Part shown: one piece after another, positions 46,443-56,906 of the stretch
Position numbering within the stretch: the stretch's first letter is position 1
Layout of the letters: every line of letters starts with the position of its first letter
From: an uncultured bacterium
GTDB lineage: Bacteria; UBP15; UBA6099
Length of the DNA stretch: 64,000 nt
Reading direction: 5' to 3'
NCBI GenBank assembly: GCA_964409645.1
Contig: CAYPEK010000006.1
Coordinates: 16,823-80,822 of the forward strand
Translations under genes and position numbers: made by a program
The notes under the pieces: generated by a model
Told to the model about the DNA's origin: nothing
What the model saw: only the letters and a program-made list of their open reading frames with translations
Databases searched by the model: none

Positions 46443-47567
46443 TTATTCCGGCTCGAAACGCGAGAGGCGTCTGAGCGCGTCGAGCTGTTCCGTCCGGCCG
46501 AGTTTTGCATCGAGAACCGCTTTTTTCAGCATGGAGATCGTCTTATCATAACCGGGCCGGTCCACCGGATACGGGATGCCGTCCTTTCCGCCGTGTGCGA
46601 AGCTGAACCGCACGGGATCACGGAAGCTTGCCTCGTCGCCATAGAGGATTTCGGACAGCAGCGTGAGCGCCCGCAGCGTGGCCGGGCCTACGTTGGGAGT
46701 GCCGATCAGCGACACAAAATCGCCGGGCGCGCGTTCGTACGCGCTGACAAGCGTCTTTCGGATGCGGTCCGGATGGATGTCCGCGGCAAGTATCCGGTGC
46801 CGCGCGGGCAGGTTGAGCGCCTGCACGCGTTTGAGTTCCGCGACGAGCTTTTCAGGGTTTTCGAGCGCGATGTTCGCGGTACGCGCGCGGACCGCCGCGC
46901 TCTCCTCAGCCACGAGGTTCAGGGTGAGCTGGCCGCGCGAGTCGCAGCACACCGCCGCGTGCGGCTCGCAGACGAAATCCGAGACGTCCTCGCCGAGCCA
47001 GTGATACCGCCGCGCGTAACGCGTCTCTTCGTTCATGCCCTGCTGCACCACCACCCATCCGCCGTTTGACGTGAATGCGAACATGTGCTGGTATATCTGG
47101 TAGCCGTCCTGAACGGCGGCGCTATCCACTTTGGCCGACATGCGGCTTGCATAGACGAGCTGCGCGGCGTCGGCGGAGATCGAGTCGCCGGCGGCGATAA
47201 TCTCGTCGGGCGTTTTGCGGGACGCGCCACCCTTGCCGCCGCAGAAATACAGCCCCAGCTCTCTCTGAATGTCCTTTGTGCCTTCCTTGAGCGCGCCGCA
47301 GGTCGTGGTGGTCACACCGCTCGAATGCCAGTCGAACCCGAGCACGCAGCCGAGTGCCTGAAACCAGAACGGGTCCGCGAGCCGCTTCAGAACAAACTCC
47401 GGGCCGGACTCGCACACCATCGTCTCGACGATCGCCCTCGAGAGCTTCACCATCCTGTCGAACAGCCACCTCGGCGCTTTCCCGCCGTGCAGCGGTAGAT
47501 TCGCAACACCTGTTCGCGCCATTGCGCCCCCCTCTTTCATCCGAATTATAACTCCGGGGTGTGACAT
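46443..47567 (-). CDS. DUF763 domain protein
   Basis: ARTGVANLPLHGGKAPRWLFDRMVKLSRAIVE resembles the DUF763 N-terminus. The start is ambiguous: ATGs at 47567, 47540 and 47522, with the last preceded by GAGGGGGG. Confidence 0.75.
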   Translation of the reverse strand: MSHPGVIIRMKEGGAMARTGVANLPLHGGKAPRWLFDRMVKLSRAIVETMVCESGPEFVLKRLADPFWFQALGCVLGFDWHSSGVTTTTCGALKEGTKDIQRELGLYFCGGKGGASRKTPDEIIAAGDSISADAAQLVYASRMSAKVDSAAVQDGYQIYQHMFAFTSNGGWVVVQQGMNEETRYARRYHWLGEDVSDFVCEPHAAVCCDSRGQLTLNLVAEESAAVRARTANIALENPEKLVAELKRVQALNLPARHRILAADIHPDRIRKTLVSAYERAPGDFVSLIGTPNVGPATLRALTLLSEILYGDEASFRDPVRFSFAHGGKDGIPYPVDRPGYDKTISMLKKAVLDAKLGRTEQLDALRRLSRFEPE

Positions 47568-47650
47568 CGGCGTAAATTATCAAAAAGTATGCGCGCGCGG
47601 CGCGGGCCGTGGTACAATGGACGTCAACAAGAGACAGGAGAGACGACACC

Positions 47651-48553
47651 ATGAAAAGAACGGCGGCAATTCTCTTATCAGCAATTATCGCGGCGGCATA
47701 TTTCGGGGCGTCCGCGCGCGCGGCGGAAATAAAGGTCGTCAAGAACATCGTGTTCTCGAACGCGGGCGGTGTCGAGATAAAAGGCGACATCTACATTCCG
47801 GAGGGGAAAGGCCCGTTTCCCGGCATGATATACATCCACGGCGGCGGCTTCGTCGCGGGCTCGAAGGATTTTAAGCCGCAGACTCAGATACCGACCTTCC
47901 TCGCCGAGAACGGTTTCATTTCATTCAGCGTGAACTACAGGCTGCTGCAGGAGGGCGGAGTGTTTCCGAACTGCACGTACGACGTGAAGTGCGCGCTGTG
48001 CTGGTTCAAAAAGAACGGCGCGCAGTACGGGCTCGACCCGAAGCGAGTGGGCGTGCTGGGCGAGAGCGCGGGCGCGTACCTCGCGGCGATGCTCGGCGTG
48101 ACGGCGGGGATGCCGCAGTTCGCGGGGCAGTGCCCGGCTGCGGAAGGGTGCGACGACAGCGTGACGGCGGTGGTTGCTGTGTATCCGCCGACAGATTTCG
48201 CAACGCTGAAAACGAAGTTGACCCAGATGATAAAGAATGAAATGATCCGCTACGGAAAGATAAAAGATAAGGAAGTCATGAAGAAATATATGGTGGAGCA
48301 GTCGCCGGTGACATACGCTAAGAACGCCGCGCCGACACTCCTTATCCACGGAGCAAAGGACCTGCTCGTGAACGTGGAGCAGAGCCGTGAGTTTTACGAC
48401 GTGCTGAAAGCAGCCGGGAGAGAAGTCGAGTATCTCGAATTGCCGAACGCACCGCACAGTTTCTTCAGCGAGGATTACGACAGCGGCGACGGCGCCACTG
48501 CGCGTGCCCGTGCGCTCGCGTTTCTGAACAAATGGCTGAAGAGCGAAAAATAA
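47651..48553 (+). CDS. Secreted alpha/beta hydrolase (esterase/lipase; Abhydrolase_3/BD-FAE-like)
   Basis: The signal peptide is MKRTAAILLSAIIAAAYFGASARA. The oxyanion-hole motif is HGGGF, the nucleophile elbow is GESAG and the C-terminal His box is PHSF. Confidence 0.8.
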   Translation: MKRTAAILLSAIIAAAYFGASARAAEIKVVKNIVFSNAGGVEIKGDIYIPEGKGPFPGMIYIHGGGFVAGSKDFKPQTQIPTFLAENGFISFSVNYRLLQEGGVFPNCTYDVKCALCWFKKNGAQYGLDPKRVGVLGESAGAYLAAMLGVTAGMPQFAGQCPAAEGCDDSVTAVVAVYPPTDFATLKTKLTQMIKNEMIRYGKIKDKEVMKKYMVEQSPVTYAKNAAPTLLIHGAKDLLVNVEQSREFYDVLKAAGREVEYLELPNAPHSFFSEDYDSGDGATARARALAFLNKWLKSEK

Positions 48554-48584
48554 GCATCTCCAGCCGAGCAAAAACTTAGCGAAC

Positions 48585-48617
48585 AAAAAAGGGGCGTGTC
48601 TCCCGCGCCCCTTTTTG
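48585..48617. terminator. Bidirectional intrinsic terminator between convergent genes
   Basis: AAAAAA-GGGGCG-tgtctcc-CGCGCCCC-TTTTTG has an A-run and a T-run flanking a GC stem. Confidence 0.55.
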
Positions 48618-48657
48618 ATTGCATTTAAAGACTAATGAGTTTTGATGTTCGTTCGAA

Positions 48658-49458
48658 TTACTTAACTTCCGGCGAGTACTCCTTGAGAACACCGCTCATG
48701 ACTCCGAAATTCAGTTTGACCTCAAAGCGATACGGAATGCGTTTCTCGTCCGCGCCGATGTAGAACTTTGATTCCCCGAGTGAGCTGGTGATGTAGAATA
48801 CGTCTTTCTCGCCGTGAATGGTTTTAAGCTTTTTCTTTGAGGCGACTTTGATTTCCGCCGTTGTGAGTGCGTTGTCCACGCACGCCGGAACTTTGTAAGT
48901 CTTGCCTACTTCGAGGTCGAGCTGCCGCACGTAATAAATGAGCGACAGTTCGTCCTGCGGCCGCTCTTTGTAAGTGACTTTTCCTTTTTCTTTCCTGTCC
49001 AGCTCCATTCCTTTTTTCGTGTCGAATGTGAAGTAATCTTTGTAGAACTTGTCCGTTTCGTCAGACTTCCAGTCCTTTTCGTTCGCCGTCTCGTGATACA
49101 TGACCGGCACGAGCGTGGATGCGTCCATGAAAGTTTCCATCGAGTTGTTGATGGACACAATCACAACCCACGGGCTCGACTTGATCGCCGAGAAAATGTT
49201 CACGGTCTGAACGCCGTCCTTCGCGACAAGGCCGCGCGTGGTGTTCGTCTGCGACCCTATCGCGATGCCGAACGCCTTTATGTTGTACGTGAGCACTTCG
49301 TTTAGCGGGAGCTTGTAGTTGACCGTCTGCTTTTTAGCGGACGCCACCGCCTTTGGAGCCGCCGCGCCGGCCGTAATGCCGGAACAAATCAGAGCCGCCG
49401 CAAGCGCCGCCGCTGCCACTCCGCGTACGATACTTCCCGTGAAACTGGTTTTATTCAT
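48658..49458 (-). CDS. DUF3108-like secreted/lipoprotein
   Basis: The start is re-placed at MNKTSFTGSIVRGVAAAALAAALICSG (signal peptide). The roughly 100-codon N-terminal extension in the track is Arg-rich and lacks a signal. Confidence 0.65.
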   Translation of the reverse strand: MNKTSFTGSIVRGVAAAALAAALICSGITAGAAAPKAVASAKKQTVNYKLPLNEVLTYNIKAFGIAIGSQTNTTRGLVAKDGVQTVNIFSAIKSSPWVVIVSINNSMETFMDASTLVPVMYHETANEKDWKSDETDKFYKDYFTFDTKKGMELDRKEKGKVTYKERPQDELSLIYYVRQLDLEVGKTYKVPACVDNALTTAEIKVASKKKLKTIHGEKDVFYITSSLGESKFYIGADEKRIPYRFEVKLNFGVMSGVLKEYSPEVK

Positions 49459-49575
49459 TGTTGCACCGTCCTTGTCTTTGTAATACGGGATTTTGCACAA
49501 CGGCGGGCTCGAAGTCAACAGCAAGTTGCCCCCGGGCTGTTGCACGGCGCGCGGCGGCCTAATAAAATTCTGGGA

Positions 49576-50154
49576 ATGGATACGTCTGGCGGCAGATCGG
49601 TTTATCGGGTATCGCGGACGCGGCGAGCGGCTTGTCTCGCTGCCGCCGCTCTGTTTCCCGCCGTCGCGGCCGTGATTTATCTGCACGAAGGCAGCCTCGT
49701 CGTGCCGCGCCTCGCGGCCTTCATGACCCCGGCGGCGCTGCTCCTGTATCTTTATCTTCAAAAAATCGCTCTTATCATAGACGACACAAAGATCACTTTG
49801 GTCTGGCCGATGCAGGGCAGGAAAAGCCTGAGCTGGGACGAAATCGTTCAGGTACGCAGGTCGGACGCACCGCCCGGAAAATTTTTCTTCATCGACCTCA
49901 TCGCGTCACCGGACAGATGCATTCAGTTCAATCCGTTCTTCTTCAATAAACCCGGAGACATCATACACGAATTGAACAAGCATCTGCGTTTCGAACTGCT
50001 CGGCGATCCCGCAAACGAGAAATCGCTCGCATGGGAACTCGCCGCGGACGCGGAAACGCATCACGTGCCGCTCTCAAAGAACCAGAAAAACCTTATCGCC
50101 GCGCTGCTCGTTATCCTCGCCGCAGTTGCGCTCTATATTTATCTTCACGGATGA
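49576..50154 (+). CDS. Hypothetical membrane protein (two N-terminal TM helices, one C-terminal TM helix)
   Basis: MDTSGGRSVYRVSRTRRAACLAAAALFPAVAAVIYL... There is no domain call. Confidence 0.45.
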   Translation: MDTSGGRSVYRVSRTRRAACLAAAALFPAVAAVIYLHEGSLVVPRLAAFMTPAALLLYLYLQKIALIIDDTKITLVWPMQGRKSLSWDEIVQVRRSDAPPGKFFFIDLIASPDRCIQFNPFFFNKPGDIIHELNKHLRFELLGDPANEKSLAWELAADAETHHVPLSKNQKNLIAALLVILAAVALYIYLHG

Positions 50155-50166
50155 TCGGAAGTAATC

Positions 50167-50520
50167 TTATTTATCTTCAGCCTTGAATGTGCCAACTTCT
50201 TTGCCGTCGATATCGATGATCTCGCCGGCGGTTTCGTTCGGGGTGAACGCGCCGTCCGGGTGACGCCTGCCGAAGAAATCCGGCTTCTTGTCCATGTAAT
50301 ATTTGAAATTCACCTTGCCGGGTTTACCGGTGAGCAATGCAAAACCGCCCATCAGCAGCATCAATATTCCGAGTCCGACGAAGAAAATGAACGCCACGAG
50401 CATCATTGGTATCGCCACCAACGCCGCCCCGGCCCCATGCACCTCGCCCGATTTTTCGAACGTATGCGCGAACTCGACGTTCTTCGTCAGCATGTTGTCA
50501 TTGCCTTTTCTGCGTTCCAT
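50167..50520 (-). CDS. Hypothetical small membrane protein
   Basis: The 117-aa protein has a central double-TM hairpin, ALVAIPMMLVAFIFFVGLGILMLLMGGFALL. Confidence 0.45.
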   Translation of the reverse strand: MERRKGNDNMLTKNVEFAHTFEKSGEVHGAGAALVAIPMMLVAFIFFVGLGILMLLMGGFALLTGKPGKVNFKYYMDKKPDFFGRRHPDGAFTPNETAGEIIDIDGKEVGTFKAEDK

Positions 50521-50606
50521 TCAATTTAAATAATAACTCTTGTATGGGGATATGACGAGCGTTTCGACGCTTTTGAAAAGCCGCACATTTTGCTTTAGTG
50601 TTAATG

Positions 50607-50843
50607 TTATCGTTTTTTCTTCGTTGACTTCGATTTCTTGCCGGGTGTTTTCTTACTGGCTGCTTTTCGGCATGCGCCCTGCTCGCGCAGACACATGTTG
50701 CACCGGCTGTCCGCGCACCACTGGCAGAATGTGCAGTCCGGACACGGGTGTTTCTTCGGCGCCGCGTTGCTCTTGCAGTAATCCATTTCGTATGCCCTTC
50801 CCTTCGTTTCGGCTCTATTATAGAACAGTCCCGAAGATTTCAA
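50607..50843 (-). CDS. Small Cys-rich protein with a Lys-rich basic tail (hypothetical)
   Basis: CPDCTFCQWCADSRCNMCLREQGAC is followed by KKTPGKKSKSTKKKR. It is the longest frame in a 440-bp gap. Confidence 0.35.
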   Translation of the reverse strand: MKSSGLFYNRAETKGRAYEMDYCKSNAAPKKHPCPDCTFCQWCADSRCNMCLREQGACRKAASKKTPGKKSKSTKKKR

Positions 50844-50961
50844 TGTTCCCGGCTCAGAACAGAGAACAAAAAAATGCCGGAATCAACACATAGAACGCAT
50901 TTTTCGGTATTATAGAGGCCTGTTTATTGCCGGAATAAAGCGCGGGAGGCAGAGCGGGGAG

Positions 50962-52290
50962 ATGAAAACACAATACGACGTCGTTATAGTGGGAGCGGGA
51001 GTTGCGGGTTGCGTCATGGCGCGAGATCTTGCGCGTGAGGGTTTCTCCGTGGCCGTGATTGAGAAATCCAACCGGGAGTCGATGGGCCATGACTGGTGGG
51101 ACACAGTCGAGGCGCGAGTGTTCGACGAACTGGACATCCCCGCGCCGCCGCCGGAAGAGATAAAGGGCGCGTTCAATTTCCTTCTGTTTTCTCCCATGTC
51201 GTGCGTCAACATAATGGCGAGGATGCCTTCGTCACATCTGAATCTGGACCGGAAGAGTCTCGCAAAAAGACTGATCGCGCTCGCGGAGGCGGCCGGGGCC
51301 GAGATGTTTTTCGAGACGACGGCGCTCGAACCGATCGTCAACGACGGCGTTGTGGCCGGAGCTAAATATTCGCAAGACGGAAGCAACGGAACAGTCGCAG
51401 CGAAGATAACCGCCGACGCATCCGGAATCGACGGTGTTCTGCGCAGACATCTTCCGGAAACATACGGATTTAAGAATAAGCTCGAAAAAAACGAGACGAT
51501 AATCGCATACCGAGAGATTCGTGAGGACCTGACCGGCGGCAAGGGGCGCTCCATCCTCGTGCTCGGCAAATATGACGGCGTGCAGTGGGTCAGCCGGGAC
51601 ACGCCCGGCCTTGCGGACGTGAATGTGTGCATCCTCGCGTCATATCCGGACGGCGATCCGCATAAAATCCTCGAAGAGATCGTCGCGGAGGAAGGCGGAA
51701 TGGGCGACAAGGCGGTGCGCGGCGGAAAAGGCGGAAGAATTCCGCTGAGGAACGCGTTCGACTCGTTCGTCGCGCCGGGCTTTGTGCTGATCGGCGATAG
51801 CGCGAGCATGCCGAACCCTCTCAACGGCTCGGGCATCACGTCCGGGATGCGCGCGGCTCACTACGCTGCGAAAGCCGCGCGGGCCGCGCTCGCTCAAGGC
51901 CAAAACGACATCGCCTCGCTATGGAGCTACAACGTCGATTACAAAACGACTCAGGACTACAGATTCGTTCAACTGTACGTGTTGCAGAAGTACATATTCG
52001 CGGAAGAAAGAATATACCTCGACAAGATAATGAAGAGCGGCGCGTTCGACATCGACTGGGACATGGAATACAAGCTGTCTCCGAAGCACAATCTGAAAAA
52101 GCTTCCGGGGTTTATTAAGATGCTGCGCTACCCGGGATTTTTCGGGCGGCTCGCGAAGACGCTTTACCTGTCGAACGCGGTCGGAAAACATTTTAGGAAA
52201 TATCCGAAGGAATACGACCGGGAGAAGTTCGAACGCTGGTGCGCTCGGCTCGAAAAACTGATGAGGAAAATTCCGTTTAATCAGGGATAG
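50962..52290 (+). CDS. FAD-dependent oxidoreductase, geranylgeranyl reductase family
   Basis: The N-terminal dinucleotide fold is YDVVIVGAGVAGCVMARDLAREGFSVAVIEK. The GD motif is VLIGDSASMPNPLNGSGI. Confidence 0.85.
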   Translation: MKTQYDVVIVGAGVAGCVMARDLAREGFSVAVIEKSNRESMGHDWWDTVEARVFDELDIPAPPPEEIKGAFNFLLFSPMSCVNIMARMPSSHLNLDRKSLAKRLIALAEAAGAEMFFETTALEPIVNDGVVAGAKYSQDGSNGTVAAKITADASGIDGVLRRHLPETYGFKNKLEKNETIIAYREIREDLTGGKGRSILVLGKYDGVQWVSRDTPGLADVNVCILASYPDGDPHKILEEIVAEEGGMGDKAVRGGKGGRIPLRNAFDSFVAPGFVLIGDSASMPNPLNGSGITSGMRAAHYAAKAARAALAQGQNDIASLWSYNVDYKTTQDYRFVQLYVLQKYIFAEERIYLDKIMKSGAFDIDWDMEYKLSPKHNLKKLPGFIKMLRYPGFFGRLAKTLYLSNAVGKHFRKYPKEYDREKFERWCARLEKLMRKIPFNQG

Positions 52291-52299
52291 CTCGATAAA

Positions 52300-54339
52300 T
52301 CACTGCATTGCGGAGAAAATCAGATCCTCGAAATCACTTTTGTCGAATGGTTTCTGCAGAAACGCAAACGCTCCCTTGCGCATGAAGTTCCGCACCTGAT
52401 CCTCCGCCACGGTTTCCGAACAGACGATAATTTTCACATCCGGGCTGATCATTCTAAGACTCTGGAACACATGAGCGCCGTTCATGTCGCGCATCAGCAT
52501 ATCGAGAATCACTATGTCAAACCCGCCTGGATTGCTTTTCAACAGGTGGACCCCCTCCGCGCCCGACGAAACGACGACAGGCGTGATCCCCCCCACTGTC
52601 AGAATATCCTTCATTGCCTCGACCGAGGCCGCGTCGTCGTCGATGATAAGTATTTTCGAGCCGCCCGATTCTTTCGGCACAGCTTCCGCAGCAGCCTGTT
52701 GTTTCGCCGGACCGGATGGCAGATAGATCGAAAACTTGGTTCCATCGCCGCTCTTCACATCTATGATGCCGCCGTGCATCCGGATTATTCCCTGAGTGAT
52801 TGAGAGGCCAAGCCCGGACCCTTTCCCAAGTTCCTTGGTCGTGAAAAACGGATCGAATATTTTCGATATCACATCTTCGGGAATGCCGCAGCCGGTATCG
52901 GCGATTGTGATAACGCAATACTCGCCCTCATGGAGCTCCGGCCGCGCCTCATCTTTGCCGATTGTCACCGGCGCTGTGGATACCGTCAGAGTGCCGGTTT
53001 CAGGCATCGCATCACACGCGTTGATACATACGTTAAGGAGCGCCTGATGTATCTGATTGGCGTCGGCGTTTATCGTCTGCCCGCCTTCCGCGGACACGCA
53101 AACTTCTATCCTTTTCGGAACAATATCTCGGAGCATCTGCCCAAGGTCCGACATGATTGTTTCAACCGGAATAGATCTGATAATCAGATTGTCCGTCCTT
53201 GCGAATGTGAGCAGCCGTTGGCAGATGGATCGCGCGCGAAGGGCATTGTTTATGATCCTGTCGAGACGTGCGGCGTTATTATTCCCGTCGGCCGTTGCGG
53301 CGCGGACTATTTCCGCCGACCCGAGCATCACCGCAATTATATTATTGAACTCGTGGGATATTTCACCTGCGAGTTTTCCGAGCGCGTCCATTTTCTGCGA
53401 CTGGAGAAGCTGCCTGTGAGCCTCCACAAGGTCGCGCGTCCGTTCTTTCACTAGTTCTTCGAGGTGCTCCTTGTGGCGCTTGAGTTCAAGTTCGGCATTA
53501 CGCCTGTCGGTGATGTCGTAAGCAATCGCGATCAGGTATTTGAGGTCTTCGCTTGCTTTGAAAAGCGATTTTTCCGCCACCTGCCACCTTATATTGCCTT
53601 GAGGGTCCGTGATGCATTCTTCATTCACGTTCGGCTTGCCAGTCTCGAACACCTCTGCCTCTTTTGTCTTGAATATGTCCGCTTCTTCCTTCCTGATGAA
53701 GTCATGGTCCGTCTTTCCTATCAATTCCTCTCGCGGTTTCCCGAATATGTCCGATATGACTTTGTTGATGAGTATCCATCTGTGATTCTGGTCCTTCACC
53801 GCCAGCGGATGCGGCACGGCGTCCACAACAGCGTTCAGAAAATCGCGGGTTGTCCTGAGTTCCTTTTCGCTTTTTTCGCGCTCCTCCATCTCTTTTTTAA
53901 GTTGCCGGTTGGATTCTTCGAGTTCCTTTACTTTTTCGCGGAGCCGGCTTTCGAGTTGCAGGGATTTGTCCATAAAGGACTTTTCAAGCTCTTTCAATAC
54001 CGTGACGTTTGACACTTTAATCAGTATCAAACCGTTCTTCAAAGGAAGCATTGTTGCATTCCAATATCCTTCCCGGTTCTTGTCAATTATATGAACCGGT
54101 TTATTCCCCTCGATGCATCTGAGAACGGCATTTTTTCTCGGGCCGGCCACATCCTCCGGAAAATAGTCCCACATGTTGGTTCCAATTACTGATTCCGTGT
54201 TTTTATTCACACGTTGCGCCATTGCTTCATTACAGTAAACCACCTTCCCGCCCGCCTCTATCACGCATATAAATTCAGGCAGCAGACGCAGAATCTGCTC
54301 GAAGAAACTTGTATCGTTTTGTTTTTCTTCTTCTGCCAT
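52300..54339 (-). CDS. Hybrid sensor histidine kinase: two PAS domains, coiled coil, HisKA, HATPase_c and a C-terminal receiver
   Basis: The PAS-like regions are [24 protein letters not shown] and [25 protein letters not shown]. The H-box is EISHEFNN, and the ATPase boxes are [15 protein letters not shown] and GSGLGLSI. The REC domain is [16 protein letters not shown]...DIVILDMLM...KP. Confidence 0.85.
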   Translation of the reverse strand: MAEEEKQNDTSFFEQILRLLPEFICVIEAGGKVVYCNEAMAQRVNKNTESVIGTNMWDYFPEDVAGPRKNAVLRCIEGNKPVHIIDKNREGYWNATMLPLKNGLILIKVSNVTVLKELEKSFMDKSLQLESRLREKVKELEESNRQLKKEMEEREKSEKELRTTRDFLNAVVDAVPHPLAVKDQNHRWILINKVISDIFGKPREELIGKTDHDFIRKEEADIFKTKEAEVFETGKPNVNEECITDPQGNIRWQVAEKSLFKASEDLKYLIAIAYDITDRRNAELELKRHKEHLEELVKERTRDLVEAHRQLLQSQKMDALGKLAGEISHEFNNIIAVMLGSAEIVRAATADGNNNAARLDRIINNALRARSICQRLLTFARTDNLIIRSIPVETIMSDLGQMLRDIVPKRIEVCVSAEGGQTINADANQIHQALLNVCINACDAMPETGTLTVSTAPVTIGKDEARPELHEGEYCVITIADTGCGIPEDVISKIFDPFFTTKELGKGSGLGLSITQGIIRMHGGIIDVKSGDGTKFSIYLPSGPAKQQAAAEAVPKESGGSKILIIDDDAASVEAMKDILTVGGITPVVVSSGAEGVHLLKSNPGGFDIVILDMLMRDMNGAHVFQSLRMISPDVKIIVCSETVAEDQVRNFMRKGAFAFLQKPFDKSDFEDLIFSAMQ

Positions 54340-54656
54340 ATTTCCACCCATTCGGCTGTCTCCCGTTTATTAAAGCAAACCCGATACGCCAAACGAACGA
54401 GGACGTCTTTTCGAACAACCTATGTTCTCATTATAAGAAATCTCAAAAAGATTATATCCTTGTTAAGGCCGGGAGGCAAATCCGCCACGAGCCGCCGGCT
54501 AAGTTTATTTTGCGTTTATCGAAATGGTGCAAGTTGAGGAATCATACTTTTGCCGTGACGCGGTCCGGCAGCCGACTATACATTTCATTGTTGACGTTCA
54601 TTTTGTTAAAATAGAGATATACTTTGCCGTTCTGAAGGAGGCGGCACGAGCGGATT

Positions 54657-56780
54657 ATGTTTACTTACATAGCACTTGCCTTTCTGGTCATTTACGTCAT
54701 CTTGAGCATCTGCACCAATGCATACGTCGGGAAGGCGGAAAAAGCTATTGAGGAAGGCAATCACGACAAGGCTTTGAAAGCATATTCGAAGGCGCTTCTG
54801 TTTACTGTAAAAACCTATGACATTTTCAATCGGAAGGGGCTCGTCTATCTCGAAAAGGGAGATTACGGACAGGCAATAGACCATTTCGACAGAGCCATTA
54901 ACCTCAGACAAAATGATGCGGTGCTATACTACAATCGAGGAATCGCACACTACAGCAACGGAAATAATGAGGCCGCCGTTGAAGACTTCAAAAAATCGAT
55001 TTCGCTGAAATATAAAACAGAGAACGCGTACAACTACCTCGGCATCGCATACTGCCGAGTCAACAACTACGAGGGCGCAATCGACAGCTTTACAGCCGCC
55101 ATAGACATAAACCCGAAGAGAAGTATTTATTACATCAACCGCGGTTCCGCCCACGAATACAGAAACGACTACAGGCGCGCGATCGAGGATTACACGAGGG
55201 CGGTAGCAATCGAACCGGATAATCCTTCGACATATCTTGAAAGGTCGGACGCGTATCTCGAAAACGGAGATTACGACGAAGCGATAGACGACCTGAAAAA
55301 GGTGCGCGAGATCGATCCGAAATGCGGCGACATCGACAACAAGATAGGGATTGCGTATTACAGGAAAGGCGATTTCGAAAAAGCGTCGGAGTACTTCTCA
55401 CTCGAAATTCAGGAGGATCCCGGGACGGCGATTCTTTATCTGAATAGAGGTCTGTCATACTACGAAAAAGATGAATACGACAAGGCGATCGAAGATTATA
55501 CGCGCTCTCTGGAGTTGCGGCCCGGCAATCCCGAAGCTTACAAGCACAGGGGACACGCATACAGGAAGAAAGGCAATCCGGAATTCGCAGAGGCGGACTT
55601 CGACAAGATGGTAGAACTGGCTCAGGATGCGGCGGAGTCCTATATAGACCGCGGGCTTTTCCACAAAAAGCAGGAAAACTATACCAAGGCGCTTGAAGAT
55701 TTTAGAAAAGCAGTCTCGCTGGAACCCAGCCTGAGCGCGGGCTTCTATTTCATGGGCGAAACGCACAAGGAAATGGGTTTGTGCGAACTCGCGATCGACG
55801 ATTATACCCGAACGATCGAGCTGAGCCCGAACTACGATCAGGCATACTACGACCGCGGATTCATGCATCTGAAGGCAGGCAACGACAGACGAGCGATCGA
55901 GGATCTGGAGCAGACTGTTTCAAGCTATCAGGATTTCGGGGAGGCGTTCTTTTTTCTCGGCGTGGCCTACTCGAATGAGGGAAAATACGAGGAGGCGGTA
56001 AAAAATCTCGGAAAAGCGATCGAGTTGAATCCGGGATATACCGCCGCGTACAGATACCGGGGCTTCGCACGCTACTCACTCGGAGAGCTCGACGCAGCGA
56101 TAGAAGATTTGAACGCAGCGGTCGGAATGGCCCCCGAATACGACGAGGCACACTATAACCTCGGACTGGTGTATGCGGCTAAGGGCGATTACGACAAGGC
56201 GATTGAGTGCTACGACAGGGCGGCGGCGATAAATCCGAATCAGGCTGTGATCTACAACAGCCGAGGGCTCGCCCACGCGTGGAAAGGCGACAGCGATAAA
56301 GCGATCGAAGATTTCAATAAAAGCATCGATATCGAAGAGGACAATTTCAACTCGCACCTTTTCAGGGGCACCGCCTTCTTCGAGGGAGGGATCAGGCACC
56401 GGGCGCTTGACGACTTCAATCGTGCGGTGGAGATCGATCCGCTGCATCCGTCGGGATATAAACACCGCGGGATTTTTTATCTCAGGACGGAGAATTACGG
56501 CCGCGCGATAGAGGACTTCAGCAAAGCGCTCGAATGCCAGCCCGACTATGTCGAGGCGCTGAACCTGCGCGGAATCACATTCATCCATGCCGAGGAGTAC
56601 GACCGCGCAATAGAAGACCTTTCGAGTGTGATCGAGAAGTCGCCGGATTTCGCGTCGGCATACTACAATAGAAGTATCGCCTACGGAAAAAAAGACATGA
56701 CCGAGTACGCAATGAAGGATTACAAGAAATTCATGGAACTGGAACCGGACGGATTCCGGGGCGAGGAAAAACACTTTTAA
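54657..56780 (+). CDS. TPR repeat protein (about 18 TPR units) with one N-terminal TM anchor
   Basis: The TM anchor is MFTYIALAFLVIYVILSIC. The rest is uninterrupted 34-residue repeats of the W-LG-Y-A-F-A-P type. Confidence 0.8.
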   Translation: MFTYIALAFLVIYVILSICTNAYVGKAEKAIEEGNHDKALKAYSKALLFTVKTYDIFNRKGLVYLEKGDYGQAIDHFDRAINLRQNDAVLYYNRGIAHYSNGNNEAAVEDFKKSISLKYKTENAYNYLGIAYCRVNNYEGAIDSFTAAIDINPKRSIYYINRGSAHEYRNDYRRAIEDYTRAVAIEPDNPSTYLERSDAYLENGDYDEAIDDLKKVREIDPKCGDIDNKIGIAYYRKGDFEKASEYFSLEIQEDPGTAILYLNRGLSYYEKDEYDKAIEDYTRSLELRPGNPEAYKHRGHAYRKKGNPEFAEADFDKMVELAQDAAESYIDRGLFHKKQENYTKALEDFRKAVSLEPSLSAGFYFMGETHKEMGLCELAIDDYTRTIELSPNYDQAYYDRGFMHLKAGNDRRAIEDLEQTVSSYQDFGEAFFFLGVAYSNEGKYEEAVKNLGKAIELNPGYTAAYRYRGFARYSLGELDAAIEDLNAAVGMAPEYDEAHYNLGLVYAAKGDYDKAIECYDRAAAINPNQAVIYNSRGLAHAWKGDSDKAIEDFNKSIDIEEDNFNSHLFRGTAFFEGGIRHRALDDFNRAVEIDPLHPSGYKHRGIFYLRTENYGRAIEDFSKALECQPDYVEALNLRGITFIHAEEYDRAIEDLSSVIEKSPDFASAYYNRSIAYGKKDMTEYAMKDYKKFMELEPDGFRGEEKHF

Positions 56781-56906
56781 GGCAGCCGAAGATAGGATGG
56801 CTGTTTTATGGTAGGATGATTTAAACAAAGGCATCAAGCCGCGAGTTTCTGTTTTTGCTGAATAGAGACACAGAAGCGGCGCTGAAAGGCTGATTGGATA
56901 ACGCCT

